A stretch of DNA of 64,000 nt, taken from the NCBI RefSeq assembly GCF_006345805.1, contig NC_043007.1, positions 64,480,001 through 64,544,000 on the forward strand, written 5' to 3'. Origin of the DNA: Octopus sinensis (taxonomy: Eukaryota). Positions 11,467 through 31,459 of the stretch are shown here, one piece after another (position 1 is the first letter of the stretch; each line of letters opens with the position of its first letter). Under the pieces are notes generated by a model that worked only from the letters and a program-made list of their open reading frames with translations, was not told the DNA's origin and searched no databases. The position numbers and the translations under genes are program-made.

Positions 11467-12015
11467 TTGCTCCTACAGAGTATCTCAACAGACATGATAC
11501 AGCTGCACAATATATTCACTGGGTAATTTGCAAAAACCTGGACTTTCCCCATGATATAAACTGGTGGGAACGCAAACACCTCCAGTGCTTGAAAATGATC
11601 ACATCTTACTCCTCTGGAACTTCACCATTCAAACTGACAGATAGATAGATGCAAATAGGCCAAATCTGTTGTCATAGATGTCCTGGGAATGCTAGCAAAA
11701 GGGGCTGGTTGCTACCTAGCTCAGATACCAGGAAACCCCAAAATGGCAGAAATTCAAAAGACAGTGCTCATGGGAATTGCCCATATCCTAAGCAAAATAC
11801 TTTCTATGTAATCTCAAATTTTAAAACAAAAACATAATTTTCTTGAGGTTTCTTAAACATTCTCTAGAACAACACTATACAAAACCAAATATATGGCACC
11901 CTAAGCATAATACCAGTATGAACTTCTAACTTGTCTCTTGAGGTCTCTGAGTGAGACTTGGAGTCAACTTGTACAAATGTAAAGCAAAAGTCAAACATAA
12001 TATAATAATAATAAT
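11466..12015 (+). mobile_element. Short internally deleted copy of the LINE C family (LINE D)
   Basis: Aligns to ~10468-10665 and ~10828-11170 of LINE C, lacking ~160 bp; (AAT)n on both sides. Confidence 0.88.
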
Positions 12016-12192
12016 GGTTTCAAATTTTGGCACAGAGCCAGCAGTTTTTGAGAGGAGAGGGAAGTCGATTACACAAACTCTAGTACTTGACTAGTACTTA
12101 TTTTTATTGAAAGCAAAATTGATCTGAGGAGTATTTGAATTCAGAATGTAAATATGGACACAATGCCACAAAGCATTTTGTCTGGCATGCAA
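12016..12192 (-). mobile_element. Decayed tRNA-derived SINE
   Basis: Same layout as 11215-11396 (gtcgattac..tagtacttgac..atttgaattcagaatgta..gcattttgtctggcatgc). Confidence 0.65.
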
Positions 12193-12213
12193 TAATAAAA
12201 ATAAAAGACCTGA

Positions 12214-12468
12214 TGCAATACAAAGTAATGGTTCTCATGGCTTCTGATCTAAAATGATTGGAAGTGTTTGCAAGTATACAATTTTGTCTTGGTGTAAAAG
12301 ATGGGCTACAGAAAATATTCTGCTCAATACCATAGATTTGCTTGATCTTAACCAGTAGAGTATATCTCTTAGTGGCTAATGGTATGTGCATCTCTGATCA
12401 TGAGCAGGAGGCAAGAGGGTACATCATGTGTTGAGAGGGATTCTTTGAGATTTGAATAGTTCACCCTG
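12214..12468 (+). mobile_element. 5' part of repeat family X, older copy
   Basis: Aligns to ~8794-9065 with indels. Confidence 0.8.
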
Positions 12469-13734
12469 GCCAGTTATTGTTTGTGTTTTGGGAACTATAA
12501 GAAATAATTTGTGAGTTAATCTTATGAAGCTTGATCTTAATATGGGAGCAGGAGCAGTGTAGAAAACTTCACTCACATCAGCAAAAATAATCCAAAATGT
12601 CCTTGATATAAAGTAAGAACAGATAAGAACAGCAAGGAAGGATCTTAATAGGAGAGAAGGTACAAGAAAGATTCTGATCCTAGAGAATCTTTCTAACTGC
12701 TTCTCTTCTGTTAAGTATGGTTTGATAAATATTTTCCAACATCAATACAGCAAAATAATAATGATACTAATTCTTTCTACTGTGATAATATGAATATAAT
12801 CAAAACAAAAACAATTTGAAGCATGAATATTATATGTGTAAGAAATTTTATTTACAAAGCCAGCACCCTAAACAAAAACTAATGAATGAGATGTTACGGG
12901 ATAGGGAGAATGTAAAAGATTGGGTATATGAATAAAAGGGTGGAAGAAATCACTTAGAGTTGAAGGGAGAAGATAAAGGAAATAGGGGGAAAGAATAGGA
13001 GAAAATATGTGGATAGAAAGGAAGAAATATGAAGGATGTAGAAATAAGATAAAAACAGAAGGATGGTGTGATGAAAATAAATAATTAATTATACAATTAG
13101 AATATTCAAAAAAATCAAAATATAATTACAAACAGAAGTGAGCAAGGGAAAGATATCTTTCTTTCATAAATATCTAAAAGAAAGAAAAACAAAACAAAAA
13201 ATCAAAAACACAAAAACAAATAAAAATGACTGTAAGTAGTAGTAATAGTAATAGTAGTAACTGTAGTAGTAGTGGTGGTGGTGGTGGTAGTAGTAGTAGA
13301 AAAAATAGAAAGAAACAAAAGAAAAATTTAGAATTTAAAAATAAAAACAAAAATAAAAAGATAAAAATGAAAATAAAAAATTGAAAAACAACAACAACAA
13401 CTGTTTCTTACATAGTTATTATGCCTGAGATTTTTTTAAGAGGGAATGTTGGCGCACATGCCTTTCCAAAGGGCTTCAGCAATATAAGTGAACAATCTAA
13501 CTGGTAATTAAAATCTGTTTGCAAACTCTTGTTACTGAGAAAAAATAAATGAATAAAAAATAAAAACAAAATTAAAGTAGATAAAAAACATCTTACCATA
13601 GCACTTAATGAAAGCTTAATGACCTAAGTGTGATTTAAATTAAAATCATGGGGAAATAGCTAAATGCCACAAGATATTTTATATCTGGTACTGCTTGTGG
13701 CACTATTATTTCTGATAGATTAAAAAATAAAATA

Positions 13735-13860
13735 ACTTCTAATTTCAGAGACGGTTTAATTGGACTCAGTACTTGACTAGTACTTGCTTTATTGATTGCC
13801 AAAGAATAAAAGGCAAAACTGACACCAGCAGGACTTGAACTTGTAATATACGAAGTATAT
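13735..13860 (-). mobile_element. SINE remnant
   Basis: cagtacttgactagtacttgctttattgatt..gaataaaaggcaaaactgac..ggacttgaact. Confidence 0.55.
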
Positions 13861-14139
13861 AACAACATATTATAAGTGTAGTTAGACCTTCTTACTTTGT
13901 CATTTTATGGTGTATCTTTAGACAACTAGGTTTTAGACGAAGTACAAAGAACTCACATTCTATGGGGAGTAAAATGGGAAGGATATCATTAATGAAGTGA
14001 ATGGCTGCAAGTAACCCTAACCCTAGCTTTCCAAATAACACCAGTCACTATGAAACCTCTCAAAAATGGTAATGAGGTTAACTATACACTAAATCATGGG
14101 CAAACAAATTTGGTGTGATTAATAGGTATATTTTACTTC

Positions 14140-14275
14140 AGTCCATTTGACTGTGGCCATGCTGGAGCACCACCTTGGAATTTTAGTCAAATGTATCGAC
14201 TAGTTTTTTTAAAGTCTGAACTGCTAAGTTATGAGGATGTAAACACACCAGCAGCTGTATACCTTTTACCAAGGA
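14140..14275 (-). mobile_element. SINE remnant (second family)
   Basis: tttgactgtggccatgctggagcacc..ttttagtcaaatgtatcgac..ctgctaagttatgaggatgtaaacacacc; recalled as an abundant octopus repeat. Confidence 0.5.
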
Positions 14276-14914
14276 CTGTACCTACGCAACTAATCACCAG
14301 GAGTGCCTTTGGATTTAACCATCCCTTAGAGGTTTTAAACACCTCTAACTTATACCTGTAAATATATATGATGGTGTCTCAACTTGGAATTAAAACAAGA
14401 TAGGCATTTACTCATTCTGAACTTAGCATTACATTAAGTAACCACTACTATAAAAATGGTTTATAACATAGGCATAGGCCCAAGATTTAAAAAGGAAAGG
14501 AATATGACAAGCTCATGGTATTTTAAAGAGCATTATTGTAATGTAATATAAAGGACATGAAATAGTGTCAGTGGGATACTTAATTTATCTATTTTTAATT
14601 TTTTTATTTCATTTTGTATTTAAATTAATTATAGTATCATTTCCAAATGGATTAATCACTGATTTATTGGGCAAGAGTAACAATAATGTCTTAATGAATT
14701 GTCCACTAGTTCAATAGGGATTAAACTGAAGTGCATTTCTTTTTTCCTGTATACTGGATTATGTGTAACATTGGCACATTTCTTCATGTTTTCAAAATTA
14801 GTGCTTAAGCATGGAAAATTATATCAACATTTGAAATATACAAGGAAGCATTAATTAGTGTGTGATCATAGTAGGATTATGACAGTGAGATTATGTGCAC
14901 ATGCAACTATATGA

Positions 14915-14947
<33 letters not shown>

Positions 14948-14968
14948 ATCCTACAGATTGTGCTAAAG

Positions 14969-15274
14969 CAGTGGTTCCCAAAGTGGGCGGTATTGCTCCT
15001 TGGGTGTGGGGGGTGGAAAGTTCCAAGGGGGCATTGAAGAAAAGTGGAGTGATAATGGGGGAACGATTCATGTAAGAAGTGGGACGATAATGGAGTAGCA
15101 ATTTATGTAAAAATAACAAAATAATGGGTTCATTTGGTCAAGTTTTATCTATGAAATACAGTTGCTTTGAATTTGCTTTTGAAAGAGGTTTATGTTTGTG
15201 ATGGTTAGTTGGGGTAGAGGTACTAGGAATGGGTGTTAAGGAGGTTGCAACCTGCAAAAGTTTGGGAACCACTG
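14969..15274 (+). mobile_element. Non-autonomous hAT MITE (306 bp)
   Basis: TIRs cagtggttcccaaa / tttgggaaccactg; 8-bp TSD tgctaaag (14961-14968) / tgttaaag (15275-15282). Confidence 0.9.
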
Positions 15275-18200
15275 TGTTAAAGGGTTATGAAAAGTTAATT
15301 TCTGTTGTGGATATTGCTATAATTGTGCTATAAAGAGTTGACTGTAAAACAAAGACCTGATTAGCTTTTGTTTATAATTTTTTTTTTATTAAATATTTGC
15401 AGTCATAAGATTGTATGGTCAAACACTTATATCAAAACTATTCATCCAATTACTTTCATCTGAGAATTAATCATCAAATGACACAATTTAATCTTATATG
15501 TACCAACATGTTAGTATATCCTCACCATGGCTTTACAGTTTCAAACATACCACTGCAGGCTTTCAACCATCTTATCATAGCCAACCATCTCATCATCCCT
15601 TCAGTTACTTTTAAATGCCTTTCGCTAAGTCTAAGCTGTTTACATTACTCTTCTACTTGTTATGGAGATGGAGCAAAGTGAAATCAATACTTTGTCTAAA
15701 ACACAATTTTAAAACTTTTTAAAACTTTTTAACTTAATTTAACAGAGGTATAATGCTTATTTTCTTAGCTATTGCAACTCCTACTGATAACAAAATAGCT
15801 ATGTATAATATTTTCTCTTTATCCACACTCATGCAAGTAGAATATATATCCTTGTCTTCAATACAGCTTTAATCCACATTAGACATAGAAGAAGACATTT
15901 AAAAGAAAGCAACCAAACAACTCTGTTTCTCCTAACAATAAATAGATATCAACACTTATAGGGAAAGCAATCCATACTAAAATAAAAGAATACTTAAAAA
16001 ATTTTTATTAAAATAATCCTAAAATAAATATTTTCCATGAAAAAAATTATTAAGATGATAAATTAAAAAGAAATTAACTTGTCATTTGCAAAATCATCAT
16101 AGTGAAAAGAGAAGTGCTGAAAAATGAAGTGCTGAAAAGTGAAGCACTGAAAGTAGAGTGCTTATAGCATTTGTGGTAGGTGTGAAGAGAAATCAGACAA
16201 GGAAAAAGAAGTGCAAGAAAGAGAATTTCAATTGAACACATTAAGAGCTGGGAAAACAAGTTTATTCATTTCGTTACATGGATAGTGTAAGAGAATGTAG
16301 AATGTTTGGTAGAGCAGACTGAAAATTAATTCACTTTTTTTTTGCATTTGGAATTTTCTTTCTTTTTTTTTTTGTAATTTTTGCATTTTGTTGTTTTAGC
16401 TTTTATATTTTTAAAAATTTTTCTTTAATTTATTTTTTTGAGACTATTCTTCAATAGAGATTTTTTTGTCCCGTCTTTTTATTTTTCTCTTCCCAAGAAC
16501 TACTATATTTTTTAAAATCTCCATATACCCTTTTTAATTTCTAGAAAAATCTTAAAACACATGTTTAAGAGAATGAATGTATGGTGTGTGTGTTAGGATG
16601 GCTGGTGGTGGGGACAGATTTTGCTTGTTTGTTTCTCTTTTGATTTCTTTTTCTATATTTTGTTATGTAATTTTGTTTGTTTGGCAGAGAAGAGTAATAT
16701 ATTAAATAACTTAACTGTATCTTGAGAAAGAGTTTTTGTTGACACTCATTACAAGAACAATTCAAGTTTTTATTAGTAAAAGAAAATGGAGTAAATAAAA
16801 GGTATATATATATATATATTATATATATATATATTAATCTTTTGCTGAAAATGTACAGTTAGTCATAAGCTGTAGTAATGCATGCATTTCTCAGTATGTT
16901 TTTTTGAAAAAAGACAGATAGAGATAGATAGATAGAGAGAGAGATAGATAGATAGAGAGAGAGAGAGAAAGGAGAGAGAGAGAAGGAGAGAGAGAGGGAG
17001 AGAGAGAGTTTTGTGCTGTCCCAAGCATAATGGTAGGAATAATAGTGCAGATAAACATTTAATATAACCGTTTCTACATTATTTATAGAATTCCACTCCA
17101 GTCAGTTTGGGCAATTGATATAAATGGCTAACTATGAAAAGAGAGTCAGTGTTAAAAAAATACAGACCGTATTCTTGGATGGTTTTATTTTTTCTTAATT
17201 GTCTTTATAGTTTATTCCCACTTTTTTTTTCTCTTTGGCCATTAGCTTCCCTTTTTGTTATTTTCATATTTTATAAATTTTGACGAATCAGTCGGTAGGT
17301 TGGATAAATACTGGCAGATTGAAAAAAAATGTTATCTAGCTAAAAACATGTCCTTGACATGTGATAAATTTGAACTCACCATTTTATTAAAAGGGAATCT
17401 TGCATTGACCATAATAAAGAAAAAAATACCAAAGTGAAAATTTTCAGTGAAAAATGTTCATCAGGCATTCAGTTATCTGAAAGGGTCCATTTGTATTTCA
17501 TGAGATTTTTTTTCTTACGAAATCTTCTCCTTTGATTACAGGAAAAGAAGAAAAAAAAATTACAAAAAAATAAAAACGGTACAATATTTTTTCAAATACT
17601 TCTCTTTTTTTCATGAGATTAGCTAAATATATATATATATATACCAAACCTTCAACATCGTTTCGAACCTTAGCAAATGCAAAGTATATTTCTTTCCCTT
17701 ATTTTTATGTAGATATATAAACATAAGCTCTCACACATTGATCAAACTGAGCGATAACCTCAATAACATAATATATAGCAACTGGCTAACAAAACTATCA
17801 CGGGCCATATGCTATAATCATGTTTGTAGTTTAGAGTGTTTTGTTTGTTTGTATATGAACAAGTAGTCAAATTTCAACTTTTAGCTAGACATTAGTGAGC
17901 AATCAAGTGAACTTGAATAAGAGAGGGAGAGAGAGAAAGAGAGAAAGAGAGAGAGAGAGAGAAAGAGAGAGAAACAACAACCATTCATTCAGAACAAATG
18001 CAATTCATATATATATATATACATTATATTCACCAGACATTATTGCATTAAAGCTGAAAAAGATGAAGAAATTTTTTGGGAAAAAACACCCCACCCCAAA
18101 AAATTGCCTTTTTAATTTTTAAAAAGAACATAAATGAGAAAAATATTTGTACAAAGGATATTAAAAAACAAATCAACAAAAACACATGTTATAACAATTG

Positions 18201-19929
18201 ATATAATGTTATTTTTGATTTATAGTTGGTACTTAATAGTAGTTATAATGTGTTGGTTCTAAATATTTAGTAGTTGCCAGTCTGCATGTTAGTAAAAGCC
18301 ACAAGACAAAACCCTCAAAAGAATTCCTGAGTTATCTAAAGAATTTCATTAGGATTTGTATTTTACTTCAAGCTCACATCATTTTAAGGAGACTAAAATC
18401 TGAAGAAAGATTCAAGTTTTTTTTACCCAATTTAAAATTATTCCAGTTGACTGTTTGTGACCATGCTGGCCTATAGGAATTTCTTTTTGACCAATTGAAA
18501 AGAGGGCAACTAACTTCTTTGAAGAAGAGTTGAAGAGTTTGATACAAAAATGACATCCTTATCTTCCCCTTTGTAAAATCCATAATACAACCTTAAATAT
18601 AATATTAGTACTTATGACAAAATTTGAACAACTTTTAGGCTATTTTTTTAAATAGTAAAATGTAAATGTAAAAAGTTACAAGGGTAAAAGTTATTTTCTT
18701 TTCTTCGGCTCTTGGCATCAGAATTCTTTCCAAAGGGAAATATGTTATTCTTTTATGTTAACTTCCTCAAAGGAAGTTCAATTTACAGTAAAAAAGAGAA
18801 AAGAAAAACAAAACTTTAATGTGAGACAAGATTTTTAAAGATTAAGAAAGAAAGATTCTGCTAAGAATCATTTGTACTTTCAAAGTAATAACTTACAGTG
18901 AGGTACAACTGGTTAATTAAGTGTACTAGGAAATTTTGCTGAGAAACCTAAACCCACTGTTCTTGTCTTCTTGGCTTTTACTTCATAGCAGTTGGCAGTG
19001 TAATAAAATGAAAGAAGAATATGATACTGTAGATTGAAAGCCATATATAGTATTTATATAATAAGATAAAGTTAAAATGAATATTTATAGTTTTTTGCTT
19101 GTTTGTTTTTTGTTTGTGTCAAATTGTTTAGAAAGTTACCAAAGTTTTAGAGTTTTGTTAGCTTAGGTTTTCTTCTAAACTCCAATGTCTTGAATGGCAA
19201 GAACATAAATTTAACCAGCTGACCATTCTATTTATATGTGCGTTCATTAGCTTCTTCATTCAAATGGTCATATACATCAGCTGCTTCAGTGGTGGTTTTC
19301 AAAAAAACATTGGACTCTTATTTCTACTGCTGTCATATCTGATTTAGATTTGAATGGCACCAAGATTTTCATAGAATAAAGATAGGTATTAAGTGGATAA
19401 AAAGGAAATCTAAAGTAAATTAGGACAAAACCATTTTAGTAATCCAGAAATAAAACTTTCTATCCAAACACTTTTGAGTATTACATTGCGTAACTGATAT
19501 ATCTTACAAACTTATTTAAAGTAAAAAGACTTCAGATTATTTGAAATGAAATCAACAGCATATTAAAAAAAATTGAACGAAGTCTATATAATATTTTAAA
19601 AGAATATGTTTTTTCTGTACAGATATAGAATATCAAGTAAAATATTCTAGAACCGCACAGAATTCAAGGGTCACATTATCTGTCACATGGGCTAAAATAT
19701 TAAAAAAGTGTTGTTAAACAGTTTTTTATTAGTAATAAATATGCATTAAATGCAGCAAAAGGTATGGCTAAACAAGCAATAGCATAAGCTAGAGATTTCT
19801 AAGCAAAGATTTTGCTGACATCTTTTTGTTAATGTTGATCTTGAGTAGAGTTGTTCTTTTGCAACTAATTTATATCAAATTTACTTCATATTGAAATAGA
19901 TAATATCTAAAAGGTTCAAGTTTATCTAC

Positions 19930-19983
<54 letters not shown>

Positions 19984-20789
19984 TACATGTATACACACAC
20001 ACATACGTAAACTATATTTTATTCTTAAATATTTAGTAACAGTTCATAGTTAAATTTGAAATAATAAATGCTTCTTTTTTTTAACTGTATAAATAAGTTA
20101 TTTTTAGCACTGTTATTTTGAATTCAGATTTGCAGTTCTTTATGCAAAAGTATTTGGTAAAAGATACATTTAGACAGTTTTAGATTGATTAACGATATCT
20201 ATTAAGGATATCTATTTTCCAATATGTATTTCCCTAACTTTAAGACAAAATACCAGCATTCATCATCAATTATACTTGAGGTACTGACAATATATACTAC
20301 TTAAATATATATGGATTTATGTTAGTGTGAGTATTGTATATATATATATGTATGCATATATATATATGCATATATTTTATATATACACACACACACACAT
20401 ACACACATCAATATAAACACAAACTTGTATTTTCTATACATGTGTTCTATTGACTATGCAATTTCAGAAATATATTTCTTTCTCACACATCATACCAAGT
20501 AGATGTTAGAAGTGTTTGGTCCCCCATTCTCTTGAAAATATATACTGTGATCAGTCCTTTACTATTTTATTCCCTTTCATCATTACACTTTCCTAAATAC
20601 ATTACAATTGATACATTCAAAACATGAGATATCAATTTTATTTTGGTATGAAACCAATACTTATTTCATTGACAGTATAAACAGAATGTACAGTTCATCT
20701 TAGGAGATGAGCTAAGGTATATTAGCTATCAAGCCACATTCTATGAAGATTCTTGCCTGATTTTCTATTGTTTGTATTAACAATAATAC

Positions 20790-20960
20790 AAATAAAAATG
20801 GTTTTGTAACTTAGACACAAAACTAGACATGTTTTGGGAAAGTGTACTCAATTAGATTGATCCCAAAACTTGACTAACTTAACTTTATTCGCTCTGGAAT
20901 AACAAACTTTAAAGTTGAGATTTGAGCTTAGAATATGAACTAAACACCACATGACATTTT
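20790..20960 (-). mobile_element. SINE remnant
   Basis: gattgatcccaaaacttgact..ctttattcgctctggaataacaaac..gatttgagcttagaat, same family as 11215. Confidence 0.45.
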
Positions 20961-21414
20961 GTTCATCAGCCTATCAATAGTAAGTTATATTATCATTTAA
21001 TCATCTAGTATAATAAATAAACACATTAGTCCATAATAAACAAAATTTACTTGTTATTTCACAAGTCATTTGATAAATATGTTCCATTCACACACACACA
21101 CACACATATATATATATTATTCATTTATAATAAAACATATTATAATTTGGTTTGTATAAAGAACTGCAAAAGTATGTTGAAAATTCCACTGAAGAAAGAA
21201 ACAGGTGCCATGTTATCAGATATGTCTCAGATAGGCAAGAATACGCATATCATCTTAAGCAATGTTTTTTTTTTATTTAGAGTAGACGATTCCTATCTGG
21301 CTATTTCAGAATGTATACTTTACATATTATGGGACATACTTTGTTGAGGTGTTATTCTAAAATATAACACTGGTTAGAAATAAACAAAAAACATAAACAA
21401 TATTAGAAAACAAA

Positions 21415-27460
<6,046 letters not shown>

Positions 27461-27833
27461 GTATGTATTTATACATAAGCATTAGTCCCAGAAGTGAATG
27501 AAGTGCTGTAGGTATTTCTTTTTTTAACATAACTAATATGCACAAGAAAACAAAACCACTGAAAAACACAGCAGTGTGTTTGTGTGCTGATACAAAGATA
27601 TAGTAGAATACTTAGTTATGTCATTTATCCTTCCTCTCTTAGATCTATATTTCGGAATTTGTGTGTGTAAAAGTAACATTGCCGTCAGAACAATAGCATC
27701 AATTAACTGTAGAACATCTTACAGATTATTTCACTACATTGGATAAACATCCAATAACATGTTAATTCTTCTTTATGCTTATCTTTTTCTCCACATTCCA
27801 ATGTATCTTACTTATAATTGTCATAATTTTTCC

Positions 27834-27837
<4 letters not shown>

Positions 27838-27883
<46 letters not shown>

Positions 27884-28550
27884 GTTTCTAACATAGGTTC
27901 AAAGCCAGAAATCTGGGGGAGGATACAGTCAGTTATATGGACGTCTATACTTGAGTGTTACTTTCTTTTATTAACCCTAAAAGGATAAATGTCAGCTTCA
28001 GTGGGATTTGCAATTTGAATATATGGAATATAATGGGCTGTAACTAAATATTTAAAGGTATTTCATTTGTTGCTTTACTAATTTTGCTAACCAACCACCA
28101 TCAATGATGATGATGATGATCATCATCATCATCTTAATAATAATAATTCCTATTATAGGTACAAGATCTAAATTTTTTTTGAGGTCATATAAATTATATC
28201 AATCCTACAATTTGAATGGTACAAATTTTACATCACCCAACAAGGATGAATGAGAACATTGACTTTGGCAGGATTTGAGCTCAAAACCTAAAGAGACACA
28301 GTTAAATGCTGCTCGGCATTTTGTTTGACCAATTCTGCCTTCTAATAAAAAAAAAAAAAAAATCTCTGTAATTTTTCACAAGGCTAGCAATTTTGAGGGG
28401 AGGGGGCACATTGATTACATTGACCCCAGTAATTGACTGGTACTTTATTTTATCGACCCTGTAAGGATGAAAAGCAAAGTTCACCTTGGTGGGATTTGAA
28501 CTCAGAACGAGTCAGAAGAGATGTCACTAAGTAGTATGTCTAATATGCCA
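27838..28550 (-). mobile_element. Three SINE copies in tandem, same orientation (about 27880-28090, 28145-28330, 28370-28550)
   Basis: Each has the (g)gatttg(a/c)a head, ggat(g/a)aa core and gattac/gttatat 3' part; separated by (AAT)n, (GAT)(CAT)n and poly-A. Confidence 0.7.
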
Positions 28551-28559
28551 ACAACTATT

Positions 28560-28725
<166 letters not shown>

Positions 28726-28826
28726 TCCTATTTTTGTAAAGTTAAATTGCAAGCAATCTTAATACTCTGTCAAGCTGTTGAAGTCACTGAAAAATTTTTT
28801 AATATATTGGACAATGGGAGTGTGTA

Positions 28827-28875
<49 letters not shown>

Positions 28876-30365
28876 AAGAGAGAGAGATACTGTAATACAA
28901 AATATAGTAATTTTTCTTCTCTTTCATCTATAGAATTAACTCACTTGTCTAATTAACCCATTTACAAACTCATACACTCTCATTACATAAAGTTAAAACA
29001 ATTTTAAAAATAAATAAATAAAAAGAAATGGTCTGAACAGAAACAAACATGTTAGTCTGAAACATAAAAGCAACAAACATGTTCATTCATAAGGAGTAAG
29101 TAAATTATTTTGGAGAACTATTTAAAAAAGAGACAATTTGAAAGAAAAATATTAAAAAAGAAGAATGACGATTAGCAAAAGTTTGCAATAGAATATTAAT
29201 TGTTTGAAATACAAAGGTAATCAGGTCACAAGTTTACAGATCTGCCAAGTAATTTTACTGACATTTGTTTTTTGACATGAAACTAAAATTTATGAGAAAT
29301 AACTATTTTCTCATATCTGAATCTTTATGAATAAATATTTCACTCTATGTTAAATTTTACTGTCTAACAATGTATGTATGTGTGTTTGTGTGTGTGTGTG
29401 TGCTTGTAGCTTGGTTAATGTTAGTATACAATAAGTTGCACATGTATGTTTGATGACTCAGAAAGTACATAACTTATGAAAATGTATGTATAAATAAATA
29501 TAGAATTTCTGGAATGATACTAAAAAGAATATGTTGAATTTAGATGAAAACATACTAGAAAATGAAAGATACCTTCATAGTTTGCTAGTAGAATGAGAAT
29601 ACTTATTAATACCAAGTAAAACACAAAAATGGTTTACAAGATACTTTGTTGTAAAAGAAAATTAAAGCAAAAAATAAATAAACTTAAATATTAAAACAAT
29701 CCTGCTCAGATATAATATCTAGGGTAATTTCTCATCAAGATTTTAAAGAGAATTCTGTCTTATGCTAAGAACAAAAATAGTATGTGTTTAGAATCTTTTT
29801 GATTGTTTTCAATTTTGCAATCGAAAATTGGACTTTGAAATAAAAAAAAAATCATACTTAAAACACCATCTTTAATCTCTACATGACAATCATTTAAGTT
29901 TCTCTATTAAAATAAACAGTTTTTTAATAAAGCCCTGTTATCTGTTATCTCCAAAGGATTAATCCTCATTGCAAATATTAATCCTTAATAAGTATTAAGA
30001 AATATTTCTTCTTTATCAAATATACTTTCTCCTAAAGTGTATTTATAGAATAATATAAAAGTTTTTAATTATATACCATGCATTTTGTGAAGCTATAAAT
30101 AGACATCTTGACATAGACTGAATTTTAATAAATATAACTGACTCATGACTATGACAATAGTCAAGAAACAATATAATAGACATTAAAAAGGAAAAAAGAC
30201 ACACGATATGATAAATGACAATAGCACTTTATAATTATAAATAATTATAATTTCAATCCTTATACAAACTTACACTGAGATAAGTCAAATCCTGAATTTA
30301 GCAAGTTTAAATTTAGGGCTTGTAGAATACATAGTGAAACAGCTATTTAACAACTTTTTTAGGCA

Positions 30366-30434
<69 letters not shown>

Positions 30435-31391
30435 CATACATACATATATATATGTATATGTATTTATATATATATAAATATATGCATATATATATGTATA
30501 TACACACGCACACATATATGGCTTAAACCCTCACCAATAAAACAAGTTACTTGAAGCTGAAGTGTTATTATTAAAGGGGTTGAGATTATATATATGTATA
30601 TTTGTGTCTGTATGCATGTATACAGTATAGACTTCAAGAAGAGTGCAGCAAAGTGGAAATATAGTGATGCTGTGCAAAAACATACACAAACTGGTGAAAC
30701 AGCAAGACTGAAAAAAATAATCAGTCTTAAAGATGGGAAAACATATAGGCACACAGTTATGTGCTTTGGAGACATGTGAAATCTTTACCACTGCTCCATG
30801 AGTGAAAAGAGAGTGGGTAGCAAATGTTAGAGAAAAGAGCATTAGATGAGGAAGTCATTGATTGCCTCTATTTTCTAGAGATGATGGTTTAAACTCTACG
30901 GCAGTTCAGGCAAGTTAATTAGATTTAAGATTATGTAGTTCTACGTTTAGCCTTCAAAGTTCAAGTCGCCAGATGATTTAAAAGCCTGTCATATACTACC
31001 ACCTAACTAGAGTCAACCAATAACTGAACCAATTACTAGTGCTATGCCAAAACTTCTTATCTTAAATTTTTTCAAGTGTAACAATGAATATCCAATAAAG
31101 ATCAACAACATATAATATAATAAAATGCAACCTTAGTTACAACCTTTTGTTATGTCCATTCAGATGATGTACACAATAATTTAACGTGGTAATTACAACA
31201 ATTATATATTTTAAAAATTTAGTGATTGAAAGTGAAAAAACAACTAGAATCATATCATTATTCTTTAAAAATTATCCTGTTATTCCTCTCTCATAAACTT
31301 TCACTTTTTTTTGTTTTAAACATTTAAAAAAAATTTGAATATATGTATATTTGTATATATATATATATGTATGTATATATATATATATATG

Positions 31392-31459
<68 letters not shown>

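Noticed and set aside
14012-14025. Telomere-like (TAACCC)n
   Set aside because: Only two units; expected by chance.
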